A stretch of DNA of 64,000 nt from IMG/VR virus record IMGVR_UViG_3300021426_000005; one strand, written 5' to 3'. Each line of letters opens with the position of its first letter. Positions within the stretch are counted from its first letter, which is position 1. The translations under genes were made by a program, and so were the position numbers. Shown here in pieces: positions 1 to 10,036 of this stretch. The notes beneath the pieces are model-generated. The model was not told where the DNA came from. It saw only the letters and a program-made list of their open reading frames with translations, and did no database searches. The stretch is from a virus (taxonomy: Duplodnaviria; Caudoviricetes).

Positions 1-805
1 GAATTTGAGCATTACTGTAGTTATCATACGTTACAGCAAACCTGGGTTCGGGCTCAACAAAATCAGCTGGTGATGTAACTTGGATCCACTGTGTAAGTAA
101 GAAGTCATCTGAGGATAGATTAGACTTTGCTTTTATCCATACAGCTGTAGTGTCTATATGCTGAGAAGGCAACTTGATGATATAGTTGTTCTTCTTCACA
201 TCAGCAACACTTACAGTTTCACTTCGTAATTCACCTTCGATAGCTACACGGGTCACAGACTCGCCGGGTGCTAGTGTGACCTGATCTGTGGTAGCGAACA
301 CATTTGTTCCTTCAGCGACCATACTACGTTTGCTTCTGGTATCTTGAGCACCGTATGAGTTTGTCATAGGTAGAATACTATATGTGATAACTCTAGGTTG
401 CTGGGTAATGTCCGTATAGGCATTCAAGGTCGAAAAGTTAGACCCATTAAAACCAAAATCTAGGGTTATGGATGATCCAGTTGATGAAGATTGAATATTA
501 CGAAAAGTCACTTCTGTTCTTGCAGCAGTATACCAACCCAAGGAATATCCGATAAGTCCGAATATCTTCTCAGCGTTCTTGCGCTGTACTACGGACGCAG
601 CGTATAGTTCATTTGCCAGTATATCTATGTTCACACCAAGCATATCAGCTATACTAGCAAGATACTTACCAAGGACAACACCAGGGTCAGCATCAGCTTC
701 CGGCTTCCATAGACTTGTTAGCTTTGGTACAAGATCCCAGAACTCAGCCACAATGGAATTATAATCACGACTGGTGTATTTAATTAAACCTCTTGACTGA
801 TCCAT
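1..805 (-). CDS. Baseplate wedge subunit (T4 gp6 / baseplate J-like); runs off the left edge of the window
   Basis: Not in the ORF track. ATG at 805 reads MDQSRGLIKYTSRDYNSIVAEFWDLVPKLTSLWKPEADADPGVVLGKYLASIADMLGVNID..., the YTxRD...DPG N-terminus typical of gp6-like wedge proteins. Follows the gp25-like gene. Confidence 0.8.
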   Translation of the reverse strand, partial: MDQSRGLIKYTSRDYNSIVAEFWDLVPKLTSLWKPEADADPGVVLGKYLASIADMLGVNIDILANELYAASVVQRKNAEKIFGLIGYSLGWYTAARTEVTFRNIQSSSTGSSITLDFGFNGSNFSTLNAYTDITQQPRVITYSILPMTNSYGAQDTRSKRSMVAEGTNVFATTDQVTLAPGESVTRVAIEGELRSETVSVADVKKNNYIIKLPSQHIDTTAVWIKAKSNLSSDDFLLTQWIQVTSPADFVEPEPRFAVTYDNYSNAQI

Positions 806-808
806 TTA

Positions 809-1246
809 TTAGCCCTCCGTATTGACCTTATCTCCGACATAGTTAATGATCGACTGCAAGTCAGAGAAATCTATTGATGTAGTATCTCCCAGCTTAGTTC
901 TGATAGATACGGTCATTTTCAATGTGTTGTATTCCATAGCATCAAGCTCACCGCCGGTAAACAGCAAACCGTCTGCATACTGTGTTTCATCAGCATCACA
1001 GCAAGGTTCATGAAGTCTTAGCTGCTCTGTTATCTTATCCCGAATGATAGACTTCTGATTTTCCGTATTATACTTGAAGAGGTATTCTTTCAGACCTACA
1101 CCAAAATCAGGCTCATTGTAAAGCTCTGTAGGACTTGAAAGGATAAGAAGTCGGGATCTGTTTACGATCGATTCATTGTCAGATATTACACCGACCTTAT
1201 TTCTCGCTACATCGAACATTGTGGGGAAAGATAAGCTATTAGTCAT
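809..1246 (-). CDS. Baseplate wedge protein, gp25-like
   Basis: LLILSSPTELYNEPDFGVGLKEYLF...LRLHEP matches the gp25/GPW pattern. Start reassigned to MTNSLSFP (1246, RBS AGGTGG), because the longer ORF crosses a terminator. Confidence 0.8.
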   Translation of the reverse strand: MTNSLSFPTMFDVARNKVGVISDNESIVNRSRLLILSSPTELYNEPDFGVGLKEYLFKYNTENQKSIIRDKITEQLRLHEPCCDADETQYADGLLFTGGELDAMEYNTLKMTVSIRTKLGDTTSIDFSDLQSIINYVGDKVNTEG

Positions 1247-1275
1247 GGAAACACCACCTATACATAGTCTTATAG

Positions 1276-1287
1276 TTATATAAGGTT
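1276..1287 (-). promoter_or_regulatory. Putative phage late-promoter motif AACCTTATATAA
   Basis: One of ~10 copies of this motif found upstream of structural genes. Confidence 0.6.
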
Positions 1288-1296
1288 TTTTGAAGC

Positions 1297-1330
1297 AAAA
1301 AAAGCACCGCCACATTTCTGTAGCGGTGCG
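1297..1330 (-). terminator. Intrinsic terminator
   Basis: GCACCGC...GCGGTGC stem followed by a T7 run on the - strand, just after the stop at 1335. Confidence 0.75.
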
Positions 1331-1334
1331 ATAC

Positions 1335-1628
1335 TTAAAGATTTGTAGCCCCGGAATAATAGCTTCCTCCGGTAAGACCGATGATAAGGAACTCATTATC
1401 TGCTGAATTTATTGAAGATAGAGCTACCACATCACCGTCATTCGGTAGGTGTGGAAGCAGTACAGACTGAAACCAAGGCAGATCCGAATCAAGTACATAG
1501 TTGTGAACAGTTCTTCCCCGGTAACTGCTCTGATCCCAAGCTCCGTGAATAGTAGGTATCCGGACTTGGACCATAAGTGTTCCGTCATTTGTATACTGAT
1601 AGCCTTTGGCATATCCATATGTTATCAT
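1335..1628 (-). CDS. Baseplate spike-related OB-fold protein (gp5 N-terminal / gpV-like)
   Basis: VQVRIPTIHG...LPW...P..GDVV...IIG pattern; located in the baseplate cluster. Confidence 0.6.
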   Translation of the reverse strand: MITYGYAKGYQYTNDGTLMVQVRIPTIHGAWDQSSYRGRTVHNYVLDSDLPWFQSVLLPHLPNDGDVVALSSINSADNEFLIIGLTGGSYYSGATNL

Positions 1629-3724
1629 AGTATACTACCTCCATTGATTATTTTCTTTACTGTCTTACCTTCCCAGCCACTAAGATCCGGTGGTGTCCTT
1701 ACATAGTTTCCGGTAGTTCCGTCAAAGGCTTCCCACTCAAGTACATTTATTCTACCACCTTGATTGTGTCCATATAAAGCTGCACCCGATGTTCCATTTT
1801 CCGTACCTTTAGCATCTGCCATTATAGCATTGATAACAGTACCGTCATTAAGGATAACTGACATCTTATCCCCTACTGTACCGAATATAGGCTTAACGGC
1901 TATCAGATAGTATCCATTGAGTGTGGCTATATGTCTGTTTGACTTCCGTCCAGCAGCATTCCACATATCAAATACCTTGCCCTGTTTATAAGCCCATTTG
2001 AAAGCAATGTAGTTTGTGTAGATAGCAGATATACCAGCCTGTATGATATTGCTTGGTATATCAACCGCATTACCGCTCATTATGCCAGCTCCTCCGGTTA
2101 CTGTAGATGAAGCCGTGGATGTGGTAGTCATTTGTATTACTATCTGTTTCCAAAAGCTCAGTGCAGTCTTTTGTCTATTCTGCGATTCTTCATCCACATT
2201 AGCTGGGATCTCAAACTCCCTGACAAATATATCAGCCGCATTTCTTACACCAGCTTCATTATTAGCTACAGCCATGAGCTTTGCAAGTACAGAACTATAA
2301 GCATTCTGTAATTCATACCAAAGGTATTCAAGTTGTCCGGATAAATTCCTATTCCAACCAGATCCAGCCATACGTTTCATGGCATCACCACGCCCATAAT
2401 GCCACTGACATATTCCGAATGATGTACCACCATCACCGATAGAAGCGGTATTGAAATTACTTTCATGCTCTATATTTCCAGCAATTCCGCATGAAGCGGC
2501 AGCATTCAAACCTTTCTCAATCAAGAAATCAATTACTATTTTAGCGTTCTTATTAGTTATACCATCAGTAATAACGTTTTCACCTACGTTACCACTATAT
2601 ACAGTAGGAACTAATAAGTCATCAAGAAAGGCTGACAACAGCGTAGTATAGTTTATTACAGATAGTTTAATATCAGATCTATTGGTAATCGGTTTATTTT
2701 TACTTACATAAGCTACTTCACGGATAGTTGCATCTTCTGAAGTATTTTCCGTATCATAGAATTTTCCGGTCTTTCCATAACCTATAGTCTGACCTACGGA
2801 ATTATCTACCTTACTCCACTTAGGTCTATAGTAACCACATATCTGCTTAGACCCTGATCTGTACTTCCCTAATTTGATGTAATTGAAATTATCTAACTGA
2901 ACTACTGTAGCTACATCACCATTGACTTCGCACACTATAGCCAGTCTATCACAATCAGTACGCTCCTTGAATTGTCTATAGAGTGAATTTCTAAGAAGCA
3001 TTATATCTCCCGGCTGGGGCTTAGGCTCTCTATTATATACGGGACCAGGCAGGAAGCCACCATACTTCTTCTGAACACCCACTTTAGCTATCTGACTGGG
3101 GCTATCAATAGGAGGTATGACTTCGCCTATAAGCCCATCTACCTTACTTGCACAGTATCTCACAAAGTCAGCAGAACAGGGCTTTATCAACGATAAGCCC
3201 AATAGAGAAGCTAATTTACCTACATGAGATTTAGCTTCTTCTATAAATCCTTGGATCTTACTTCCGTTAGCCTTTGAACCTTTAGGGTTATAGATGAAGC
3301 CCTGTAGTATATACAGACTACTCCATGTGTAATCTGGTGGATATAGTGTCTGAGTATAAAAGAATGTACTATTATACGCTGAGTTAGATGTAACTATAGA
3401 ACCGTCAGAATTTATCTGTTCCACTATAGCAACGTGTCCAGCAGCACCTGGTCTGCGCCAGCATATCACAGCACCCAGCTGAGGGGTTTGTCCTCTTTCA
3501 TAGCCATCCTGGGTATACCCAAACCATTCTCCGGCATTAGCTGTAGATAACTTACAAGATGTAGTTCTCATAACTTCCATAAATCGGCCATAAGAATACC
3601 CAACGCAGTTCGGTAGTACAGAATTGCCCCTTATGTATATACATGGGTTATATCCACCGCTTCCAACCTGTATCCAGTGTTTATCGGAGGAGCTGGGTGC
3701 TTCCAATCTTGGTATATATGACAT
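1625..3724 (-). CDS. Multi-domain virion peptidoglycan hydrolase (CHAP + degenerate CHAP-like + phage tail lysozyme + C-terminal domain)
   Basis: NCVGYSYGRF...GHVAIVE...SNS (CHAP); AASCGIAGNIEHES...GICQW..GR...QLEYLWYEL...FVREFE (Phage_lysozyme2). Confidence 0.8.
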   Translation of the reverse strand: MSYIPRLEAPSSSDKHWIQVGSGGYNPCIYIRGNSVLPNCVGYSYGRFMEVMRTTSCKLSTANAGEWFGYTQDGYERGQTPQLGAVICWRRPGAAGHVAIVEQINSDGSIVTSNSAYNSTFFYTQTLYPPDYTWSSLYILQGFIYNPKGSKANGSKIQGFIEEAKSHVGKLASLLGLSLIKPCSADFVRYCASKVDGLIGEVIPPIDSPSQIAKVGVQKKYGGFLPGPVYNREPKPQPGDIMLLRNSLYRQFKERTDCDRLAIVCEVNGDVATVVQLDNFNYIKLGKYRSGSKQICGYYRPKWSKVDNSVGQTIGYGKTGKFYDTENTSEDATIREVAYVSKNKPITNRSDIKLSVINYTTLLSAFLDDLLVPTVYSGNVGENVITDGITNKNAKIVIDFLIEKGLNAAASCGIAGNIEHESNFNTASIGDGGTSFGICQWHYGRGDAMKRMAGSGWNRNLSGQLEYLWYELQNAYSSVLAKLMAVANNEAGVRNAADIFVREFEIPANVDEESQNRQKTALSFWKQIVIQMTTTSTASSTVTGGAGIMSGNAVDIPSNIIQAGISAIYTNYIAFKWAYKQGKVFDMWNAAGRKSNRHIATLNGYYLIAVKPIFGTVGDKMSVILNDGTVINAIMADAKGTENGTSGAALYGHNQGGRINVLEWEAFDGTTGNYVRTPPDLSGWEGKTVKKIINGGSIL

Positions 3725-3729
3725 CTATA

Positions 3730-4818
3730 TCAACTCTTTTCCAGCATGAAGAACTCAGGTGTAAGTATCTGTTCGATTTCCGATATATCAGATATAGGAT
3801 CTATCAGCCACAGTAGGAACAGTTCTTGCCACTTTGACCAGGTTATCTTCGATAGTTGATCTCTAGTCACATAGAAGCCAACTTTACCCACCAATCCAGC
3901 AGATTTAAGCATATCATAGTAAGCTGACACTATCATATCATTCATAGATTTTCCGGAAGGTAATTCAAGTTTGAGCCATACACCTAATGGGGGAACATAC
4001 TTCTGAATGTATATCCTCAGCCAAGCCAGCTCCTCCCTTGCTTCTTCTACATTCTTAGCCCGCACTATTCCGTATAAGCCATAAAGGACTTTTGCCTTCT
4101 TAGCTGCGGTCACTTGTTCATCAAGTTTAGGGCTTCTATATGTATCGACCTTTATGTGACTGAGATTATATAGGTATCCAGCTTCTATCATAGTACCTAT
4201 AAGACCTATATCCTTTAATGCTTTATAATCTACAGTTGATTTGGTATCTCTATTGACTGATGTAATATAGCTTTTGATCTCCGTATAATCAGGCTCTACC
4301 GATGCTACTTCCCCCGATAGAGCATAATCATAGGCAGTTGGTGATGATAAAGGTTGTCCAGTATATTGTTCATTTTGATTTCGGTATCGTAAAGCACAAT
4401 TCCAAGGGAAATTATAATATCCACCTACACGGATCTCATTACCACTTGAATCACCTTGCCTACCGTCATAATCGCTGGATGCCTTCAAAAGCTGCTGTGG
4501 TCCTACAACTATTTCAGTGTGATCGGCATAATTCAGTACCACATCACCACGGATAAGACCTACACCATTACTTCTGTTCCAATTAGGAACTTCAATGAAA
4601 CCGCATTTTAGAAATGCGGCTTTCATATCCCAGGTACGTCCAGCTCCTCCTACTGATCTCACAGGTATACCAGCTTTTTCATATGCAGTTATGATCAAAG
4701 ATGAACAATCATAATCTGGTCCCCATCTAGTTGCTTCCTGATGTGTCCAGTCATAGCCGTGTGTGTTATCGGCAGCTATCATTTCACACCACTGCACAGC
4801 ATATTCAACTTTAGTCAT
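3730..4818 (-). CDS. NlpC/P60-type amidase fused to a degenerate GH25-like domain
   Basis: YDCSSL...RGDVVL...HTE at the N-terminus; the C-terminal half follows a GH25 layout (YGLY...AREE...VGFY...LWL). Confidence 0.7.
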   Translation of the reverse strand: MTKVEYAVQWCEMIAADNTHGYDWTHQEATRWGPDYDCSSLIITAYEKAGIPVRSVGGAGRTWDMKAAFLKCGFIEVPNWNRSNGVGLIRGDVVLNYADHTEIVVGPQQLLKASSDYDGRQGDSSGNEIRVGGYYNFPWNCALRYRNQNEQYTGQPLSSPTAYDYALSGEVASVEPDYTEIKSYITSVNRDTKSTVDYKALKDIGLIGTMIEAGYLYNLSHIKVDTYRSPKLDEQVTAAKKAKVLYGLYGIVRAKNVEEAREELAWLRIYIQKYVPPLGVWLKLELPSGKSMNDMIVSAYYDMLKSAGLVGKVGFYVTRDQLSKITWSKWQELFLLWLIDPISDISEIEQILTPEFFMLEKS

Positions 4819-5247
4819 TTAATCAACTCCGAACATCTTCATAGGGTCTTGCTTATAATATGTTTCAGTCCCTATCCTTACAGGCCATAAAGAAGTCCCT
4901 TTATCCTTGGAAACATATTCAAACCGAAAATACTTATGCACAATACCTATTACAAATCCAGCTTGTATTACATCACCAACTTGTACATCAGGTGATAATA
5001 GGTGTGTATATCTCAGACAGGATGTAGCATCATACTGCACGGTAACAGAATAGTATCCATCTAGATCTTGTCCTACCGTAAGCACAACACCATTTGCATA
5101 GCTGTATACGCTGTAACAGTATATATCTATTCCAGTGTTATATCCATACTGTTTGAATAAAGGATCTGACTTATCCCCTATCCATGGTCTGCGAACACCA
5201 CCGTAATTGAATACTGTGTCTGCAAGAAATGAAGGATCAAAAGTCAT
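4819..5247 (-). CDS. Peptidase M23-like fold protein, probably inactive
   Basis: NTGIDI...VYSYANGVV...YTHL...VQVGDVIQAG..IG...DP; lacks the HxxxD histidine and the HxH motif. Confidence 0.65.
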   Translation of the reverse strand: MTFDPSFLADTVFNYGGVRRPWIGDKSDPLFKQYGYNTGIDIYCYSVYSYANGVVLTVGQDLDGYYSVTVQYDATSCLRYTHLLSPDVQVGDVIQAGFVIGIVHKYFRFEYVSKDKGTSLWPVRIGTETYYKQDPMKMFGVD

Positions 5248-6698
5248 ATTGCAACTCCCATATGCTCAAAGTTGGGGTAAATGTCACCCAGCTCCACCTT
5301 GTATGGTGTGATGATATTCTTTGTTGTAGTCAAAGAACTACGGTTATATTCGCTGCTACCAGACACAAGAATATTCTGAGAAGCGGCTACCTGATTAGCA
5401 CTACTCATTACCAGTCTTTGCAGTTTCAGCGTGGTAATAAATGTATTAGCTACAGTATGAGTTACAGACATTATGTTGTATATTCCAGATATAGGTGATA
5501 ACGTACCGCCTGATAGTACCAGCAGAGATACAGGCTGTGCTATGGTGTATTCCTTGGTGCTTCCGGCTATCTGCACAGTGAAATCGCCACTGAACTGTGT
5601 AGCAAGTGCATTTATGTCATTTATTATATTAGCTGTCTGGAATACATCAGCAAGTGTAGAGCTCCAACTGTTGACTACTTCATAGCCTTGTGCGATAGAA
5701 TTACCACTGCCATCTACGATGAAGCCTACTTGCTTGAAATTCATATTTGACATATTATAGGCAACACCGTCATAGGATCCTGATAAAGTCAATACATTTG
5801 AATTAGATGTACCATACTGCAAAACATTTAGGCTTTCAGAAGTCTGTAGTCCAGCATTACTCTTATAGTGAATAATACCTGGCTGAGTCATAGAAGGCTC
5901 ATCTACCCAATATGAGAATGAGTTACATTGTGGTGTTGTATCGGTATTGTATGTTCTCAGATAGTTCTCTACAGGTGTATCTATCCGATTATTCATCACC
6001 TGACTGAGCTTCTTGTACTTAGGATCTAATCCTGTGCTTTCCCTTGCAGCATTATACGATTTAGACAAAGCAAGCAGACCGGGGAACTTCTCATAGTTAT
6101 CAGAAGCGGATATGTTACCTCTGACATACTGATTGAAACTGGTGGTCATAGCACCGTGATTGATCACAGTAGGTACATCATTCCTATCAATATCGAGCTG
6201 ATAGTAATTTGTAGCCTTAGATGCTTTAGCCAAAGCCACAACTACTGCTGAAGGCTGAACTACACCACTGATAGCCGGAACCCTTAATACAGGCATACTG
6301 CATTGTACAGCAAGAGAAGCATATCCAGTTATCTTATAATTCATGTATATGCCATTGGTGCTGACGGAAAACTTTATTGTGAAACCCTGGTATGAAAGAT
6401 ATTCAGATACATTTCCTCTTTCATCAAGCCAACCAAAATTGAAGCTGACTGGTATTCCACTTGAATTAGCGTAGGAGCTGGCTGACTGTGCTGCACTATA
6501 TAATAGAGCTTCAAAAGCGGCACTATTAGCTTTCTTTGATACATCTCCGCCGACAACACAGTTCAGTGTCCATGAAGTCATTGTAGCGATCTGGCTATTT
6601 CCCAGCTCTAATGATGAAAATGGACTAGGTATCAAAAGACCGAACTCTGTCAGATTAACACCTGCCAGTACAAAATTACAAAATGGTTGACGTTTCAC
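5244..6698 (-). CDS. Putative baseplate hub protein (gp27/gpD-like)
   Basis: C-terminal ISGIYNIMSVTHTVANTFITTLKLQR motif; position in the baseplate cluster. Confidence 0.55.
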   Translation of the reverse strand: MKRQPFCNFVLAGVNLTEFGLLIPSPFSSLELGNSQIATMTSWTLNCVVGGDVSKKANSAAFEALLYSAAQSASSYANSSGIPVSFNFGWLDERGNVSEYLSYQGFTIKFSVSTNGIYMNYKITGYASLAVQCSMPVLRVPAISGVVQPSAVVVALAKASKATNYYQLDIDRNDVPTVINHGAMTTSFNQYVRGNISASDNYEKFPGLLALSKSYNAARESTGLDPKYKKLSQVMNNRIDTPVENYLRTYNTDTTPQCNSFSYWVDEPSMTQPGIIHYKSNAGLQTSESLNVLQYGTSNSNVLTLSGSYDGVAYNMSNMNFKQVGFIVDGSGNSIAQGYEVVNSWSSTLADVFQTANIINDINALATQFSGDFTVQIAGSTKEYTIAQPVSLLVLSGGTLSPISGIYNIMSVTHTVANTFITTLKLQRLVMSSANQVAASQNILVSGSSEYNRSSLTTTKNIITPYKVELGDIYPNFEHMGVAI

Positions 6699-6733
6699 AA
6701 TATCACCTCAAGTTGGTTATATAAGCCAGCTCC

Positions 6734-7297
6734 TCAGTTAGTGTCTCTGTGTAGTCGGCTTTCGGTCGCACCCCACTGACCCTGATACTTTCCGTCATAA
6801 GGCTTTTCACAAAGTCCGGTCATCTGGAAAAATAGTATCTGTCCTATACGTCTGCCCGGTGCTACCTGTATCGGGAAATCACTTGCGTTATACAGTTCTA
6901 ACGTGATCTGTCCAGCATACCCGGCATCGATCACACCGGCGTTCTGAATGAACAATCCTCGTCTACCTACGGAGCTACGCCCCTCTACTAAAGCGGTGAT
7001 GTCCTTCGGCAGATTGATTATTTCGATCGTAGTACCCAGTAGGAATGAATGTGGCTTTATTATAATGCCATCTGGGGCATTGATTGATTCATATTCAAGG
7101 ATCTCATCAAAACCAGTATAGGCTTTGATTGCTGACACTGTTGGTCGCTTAAAACTTGTACCCAGCCGGACATCGTAGCTTCCGGGCTGAATAGATGGTT
7201 CATAGAGATCTACATTATCCAAATATGGTTTATTTGGTATCTCTATGAGTTTGTCACTGATTATTTTACTTCTAATATCGGTATCACATAAGACCAC
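6734..7297 (-). CDS. dcd: dCTP deaminase
   Basis: IQPGSYDVRLG, EGRSSVGRRGL, AGVIDAGYAGQITLEL, RIGQILF, YDGKYQGQ motifs. Confidence 0.92.
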   Translation of the reverse strand: MVLCDTDIRSKIISDKLIEIPNKPYLDNVDLYEPSIQPGSYDVRLGTSFKRPTVSAIKAYTGFDEILEYESINAPDGIIIKPHSFLLGTTIEIINLPKDITALVEGRSSVGRRGLFIQNAGVIDAGYAGQITLELYNASDFPIQVAPGRRIGQILFFQMTGLCEKPYDGKYQGQWGATESRLHRDTN

Positions 7298-7312
7298 GGT
7301 TTAGTCCTCCTA

Positions 7313-7355
7313 AATAAAAAATAAAAGGTGACAGCTTTACAGCTATCACCTTTAT
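7313..7355 (-). terminator. Intrinsic terminator
   Basis: AAAGGTGA-CAGCT...AGCT-ATCACCTTT hairpin with a long A run on the + strand, after the stop at 7367. Confidence 0.6.
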
Positions 7356-7366
7356 TTAAGGTTATA

Positions 7367-7786
7367 TCAGTCAAGATCCACAAAGGCTACAACATCGGCA
7401 CCATAGCCATTGTTGCCTAGCAGCACTTCACCGTAGTCATCACCATATTCATAGTTATTATCGCCTAGCAACAACACAGTACCATTATGGAAATTGTATG
7501 TAGATTTACACTGCTTGTAACGATCAAGAATTTCTGCTTCTGACATTGTATCAGTTACGTCCAATGCACTTGTTCCACTAAGCACTTCGTCTGTATACTC
7601 TCCATCTTCCCAAACATGGGAAGGATCAAGATAACCTCTGTCCAAAACTTCTAAATCTTCTTCATGCGCTCCACGCAGACCATAATGTCTGTACTTACCG
7701 TATTCCAGCTCCTCCATTAAATCTTCTACGGAAGTTATAGTGGGAATTGTTTCAGAACTTGATTTAATATATCTGTACATATGCAA
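7367..7786 (-). CDS. Acidic hypothetical protein with an M-x-R-Y-I-K-S N-terminal motif
   Basis: ORF with GGAGG RBS; no family recognised. Confidence 0.6.
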   Translation of the reverse strand: MHMYRYIKSSSETIPTITSVEDLMEELEYGKYRHYGLRGAHEEDLEVLDRGYLDPSHVWEDGEYTDEVLSGTSALDVTDTMSEAEILDRYKQCKSTYNFHNGTVLLLGDNNYEYGDDYGEVLLGNNGYGADVVAFVDLD

Positions 7787-7816
7787 TCCTCCTAAAATTT
7801 TTAATATTCATTAAAA

Positions 7817-7889
7817 TTTGTGCAATTTGCCGAAACCAGTTGTATTTCCCCTATAGGGAAATTCTTACTGAAATAGCAAATTGCACAAA
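7817..7889. repeat. 73-bp interrupted inverted repeat
   Basis: TTTGTGCAATTTGC / GCAAATTGCACAAA outer arms; inner CAGT/ACTG and ATTTCCC/GGGAAAT. Confidence 0.8.
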
Positions 7890-7892
7890 AGA

Positions 7893-8333
7893 TTACTCAT
7901 ATCCAAGGTTCAGTGACATTGCTGGAATACTTGCAAGCAGTTCACCTTTAGCGAAAAGATCAGTGAAATTATTGAAGATCCTTAGCTTCTGACCACCATA
8001 TACAGTAAATCCGTCTTCAATGCCGTTGTAATAGCTTAGTATCCAGCTATACTGTGCTGATCCATAGAACTTCTTAGCTATCAGATCCAGTCGGTTTTCT
8101 TCATACATCGGTACTTCGTACATGAAGTATGGTGCATTAGAGCTGATAGGATTTGTAGTCTCAAGGGCTATATATCTTTCTGATGTATCATGGGGATTGT
8201 GTACCACCTGTCTACAGCCCTTGTAGCGGCTTATATGACCGAAGTCACGGCATACACCATATTCTATACCGGTATGCTCTAGCTCCTTATATGGGGTCAG
8301 TGTGTTGTAATTTATAGGCTTACAATAGCTCAT
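7893..8333 (-). CDS. LysM-like baseplate wedge protein (gp53-like)
   Basis: ENRLDLIAKKFYGSAQYSWILSYYNGI...GQKLRI. Confidence 0.75.
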   Translation of the reverse strand: MSYCKPINYNTLTPYKELEHTGIEYGVCRDFGHISRYKGCRQVVHNPHDTSERYIALETTNPISSNAPYFMYEVPMYEENRLDLIAKKFYGSAQYSWILSYYNGIEDGFTVYGGQKLRIFNNFTDLFAKGELLASIPAMSLNLGYE

Positions 8334-9331
8334 CCTATTATTCCCCTCCTTAGCATAGTTGTATGTGTTACCGGAGCGGTAGCTACTTCTGTGATGCTAA
8401 GTGTCAATTCAACTACCAAGGGGAAATCATCTAGTCCTACAGGACCGTCATACTCAACCTTCACATCGGTCAAGATACCGCTTATCAGAGCTTTTCCTGA
8501 GATATACAGTGTTACTGTGGAAGTATTGACAGCAGCTCCATTGTAATCAGGATAGCAGTTAGCTTCACAGAAGCGTATCAAATCATTACATTTACCATCA
8601 CGATGATCCCCAGACCACATATCACGGTGCATCTTGAATACATAATCATTAGATCTGGGACCTGAGCCTTTATATGTATACCAAGGCTCATATTGGTACA
8701 GCATATCAGGCATCGTGTCATAATTCGCTTTATATCCGTCTGAATATGTTTCGGGGAATACCGGGAAATCGACAGATGTCCCACTCAAGGAAGAGTACAA
8801 TGAGATCTTTCCCCAAGGGATATTAAACCACTGTATCGGATTTCCACCGGAAGCAGTGTCGTATATCTGAGAACTTCTCCGCATATTATATGTGTTAAAA
8901 ATAATTGGGTCAATAGCCTGGTTATTCCGTAGATAGTTCATAGCCCTATCATAGACCAGCCTATCCACAGGAATATTAGTTCCACCTATAATGTCAGAAG
9001 CATCTGGAAGTGTGATTGTTTCCGGAATACGAAGCATACTAGGCATTGTCCCTTTGCTAGATAGTAGCTTCCAGCCGTTCTCATCAAGTAAAGCTGCTGT
9101 TTCAAATACATCAGCATCATTAGTCAAGGAATTCAACACAGTCATTTTGCGCTGACTATCTACGGTCTCGGTCATACTAATGGTATTATCATATAGTGAC
9201 TTTAGGGCTTTACCGATAGTAGGCGTTCTCGATAGGGAATTCAAGTTCAAAACACTGTCTAGGTTTCGTGTTCCTACACGTTCACGAAGGTTGCTTAGGC
9301 TCATTTTTTCAGGTACTTGAAGAAACTGCAT
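8330..9331 (-). CDS. Baseplate / tail-tube initiator-like protein (gp48/gp54-like)
   Basis: C-terminal tube-like fold pattern (YKGSGPRS...YPDY...GILTDVKVEY...LTLSITEV); gene context. Confidence 0.5.
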   Translation of the reverse strand: MQFLQVPEKMSLSNLRERVGTRNLDSVLNLNSLSRTPTIGKALKSLYDNTISMTETVDSQRKMTVLNSLTNDADVFETAALLDENGWKLLSSKGTMPSMLRIPETITLPDASDIIGGTNIPVDRLVYDRAMNYLRNNQAIDPIIFNTYNMRRSSQIYDTASGGNPIQWFNIPWGKISLYSSLSGTSVDFPVFPETYSDGYKANYDTMPDMLYQYEPWYTYKGSGPRSNDYVFKMHRDMWSGDHRDGKCNDLIRFCEANCYPDYNGAAVNTSTVTLYISGKALISGILTDVKVEYDGPVGLDDFPLVVELTLSITEVATAPVTHTTMLRRGIIG

Positions 9332-9335
9332 ATAA

Positions 9336-10022
9336 TCACCTACCTAATGATGCTTGCGAAAGGCGTATACTTTTAACTACATCTGGATCACCGAACATTG
9401 TTGGTGGACGTGAGATCAACCAACCATATCCCACACCGTGGATATGATTGGAGAAGTAAATAGAAGATAGTGCTCTACCATAGACATATCGCCTTCCCAG
9501 CTCCTCCAATATTTCCGGATAAGTAGTAGTATCGGCTTTGATATAGCTAGATGACTGAGTTCTATTGATCCAGTCATAGCTTGTAGAAAGGCAAGCTCTT
9601 GAACAATCCGCATTAAAATCATCATCTATATTGTCTACACCTAGGGGATATATCAGGTCATGAATATCCAGCTTATCACTATATACACTTATTGTAGATC
9701 CAAGCATATATGAATATATCCAATCAGGGAGCTTGAAATCCCTGTCAGACCCATATTGCATACATAATAGATAATACTGTATAGTCAATACCAACTGTCC
9801 GTATGCACCGCTTAGATCGTTGTCTGACCTATCTAATAGAGGGTAGTAGTCAAAAAACATACCGCTTCCAGGGTAATCTGGATCAACCGCAGCCCCAGGA
9901 TCGGGGTTGCGGCAGTCCATAAATGCGTTACACATTTCAGCATCTGAGATCATGTGATATGGATAGTTTGGCAGATAGCCCATGTCCACCAGCCGTATCT
10001 TAATTAAGTCATGAAGCATCAT
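9336..10022 (-). CDS. Hypothetical protein (tail/baseplate cluster)
   Basis: 228-aa ORF, tightly packed with its neighbours. Confidence 0.55.
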   Translation of the reverse strand: MMLHDLIKIRLVDMGYLPNYPYHMISDAEMCNAFMDCRNPDPGAAVDPDYPGSGMFFDYYPLLDRSDNDLSGAYGQLVLTIQYYLLCMQYGSDRDFKLPDWIYSYMLGSTISVYSDKLDIHDLIYPLGVDNIDDDFNADCSRACLSTSYDWINRTQSSSYIKADTTTYPEILEELGRRYVYGRALSSIYFSNHIHGVGYGWLISRPPTMFGDPDVVKSIRLSQASLGR

Positions 10023-10036
10023 ATTTGATCAGCCCC

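Noticed and set aside
1247-1396. N-terminal extension of the gp25-like ORF to 1396
   Set aside because: Crosses a terminator and the late motif and overlaps the upstream gene; a good RBS sits at 1246.
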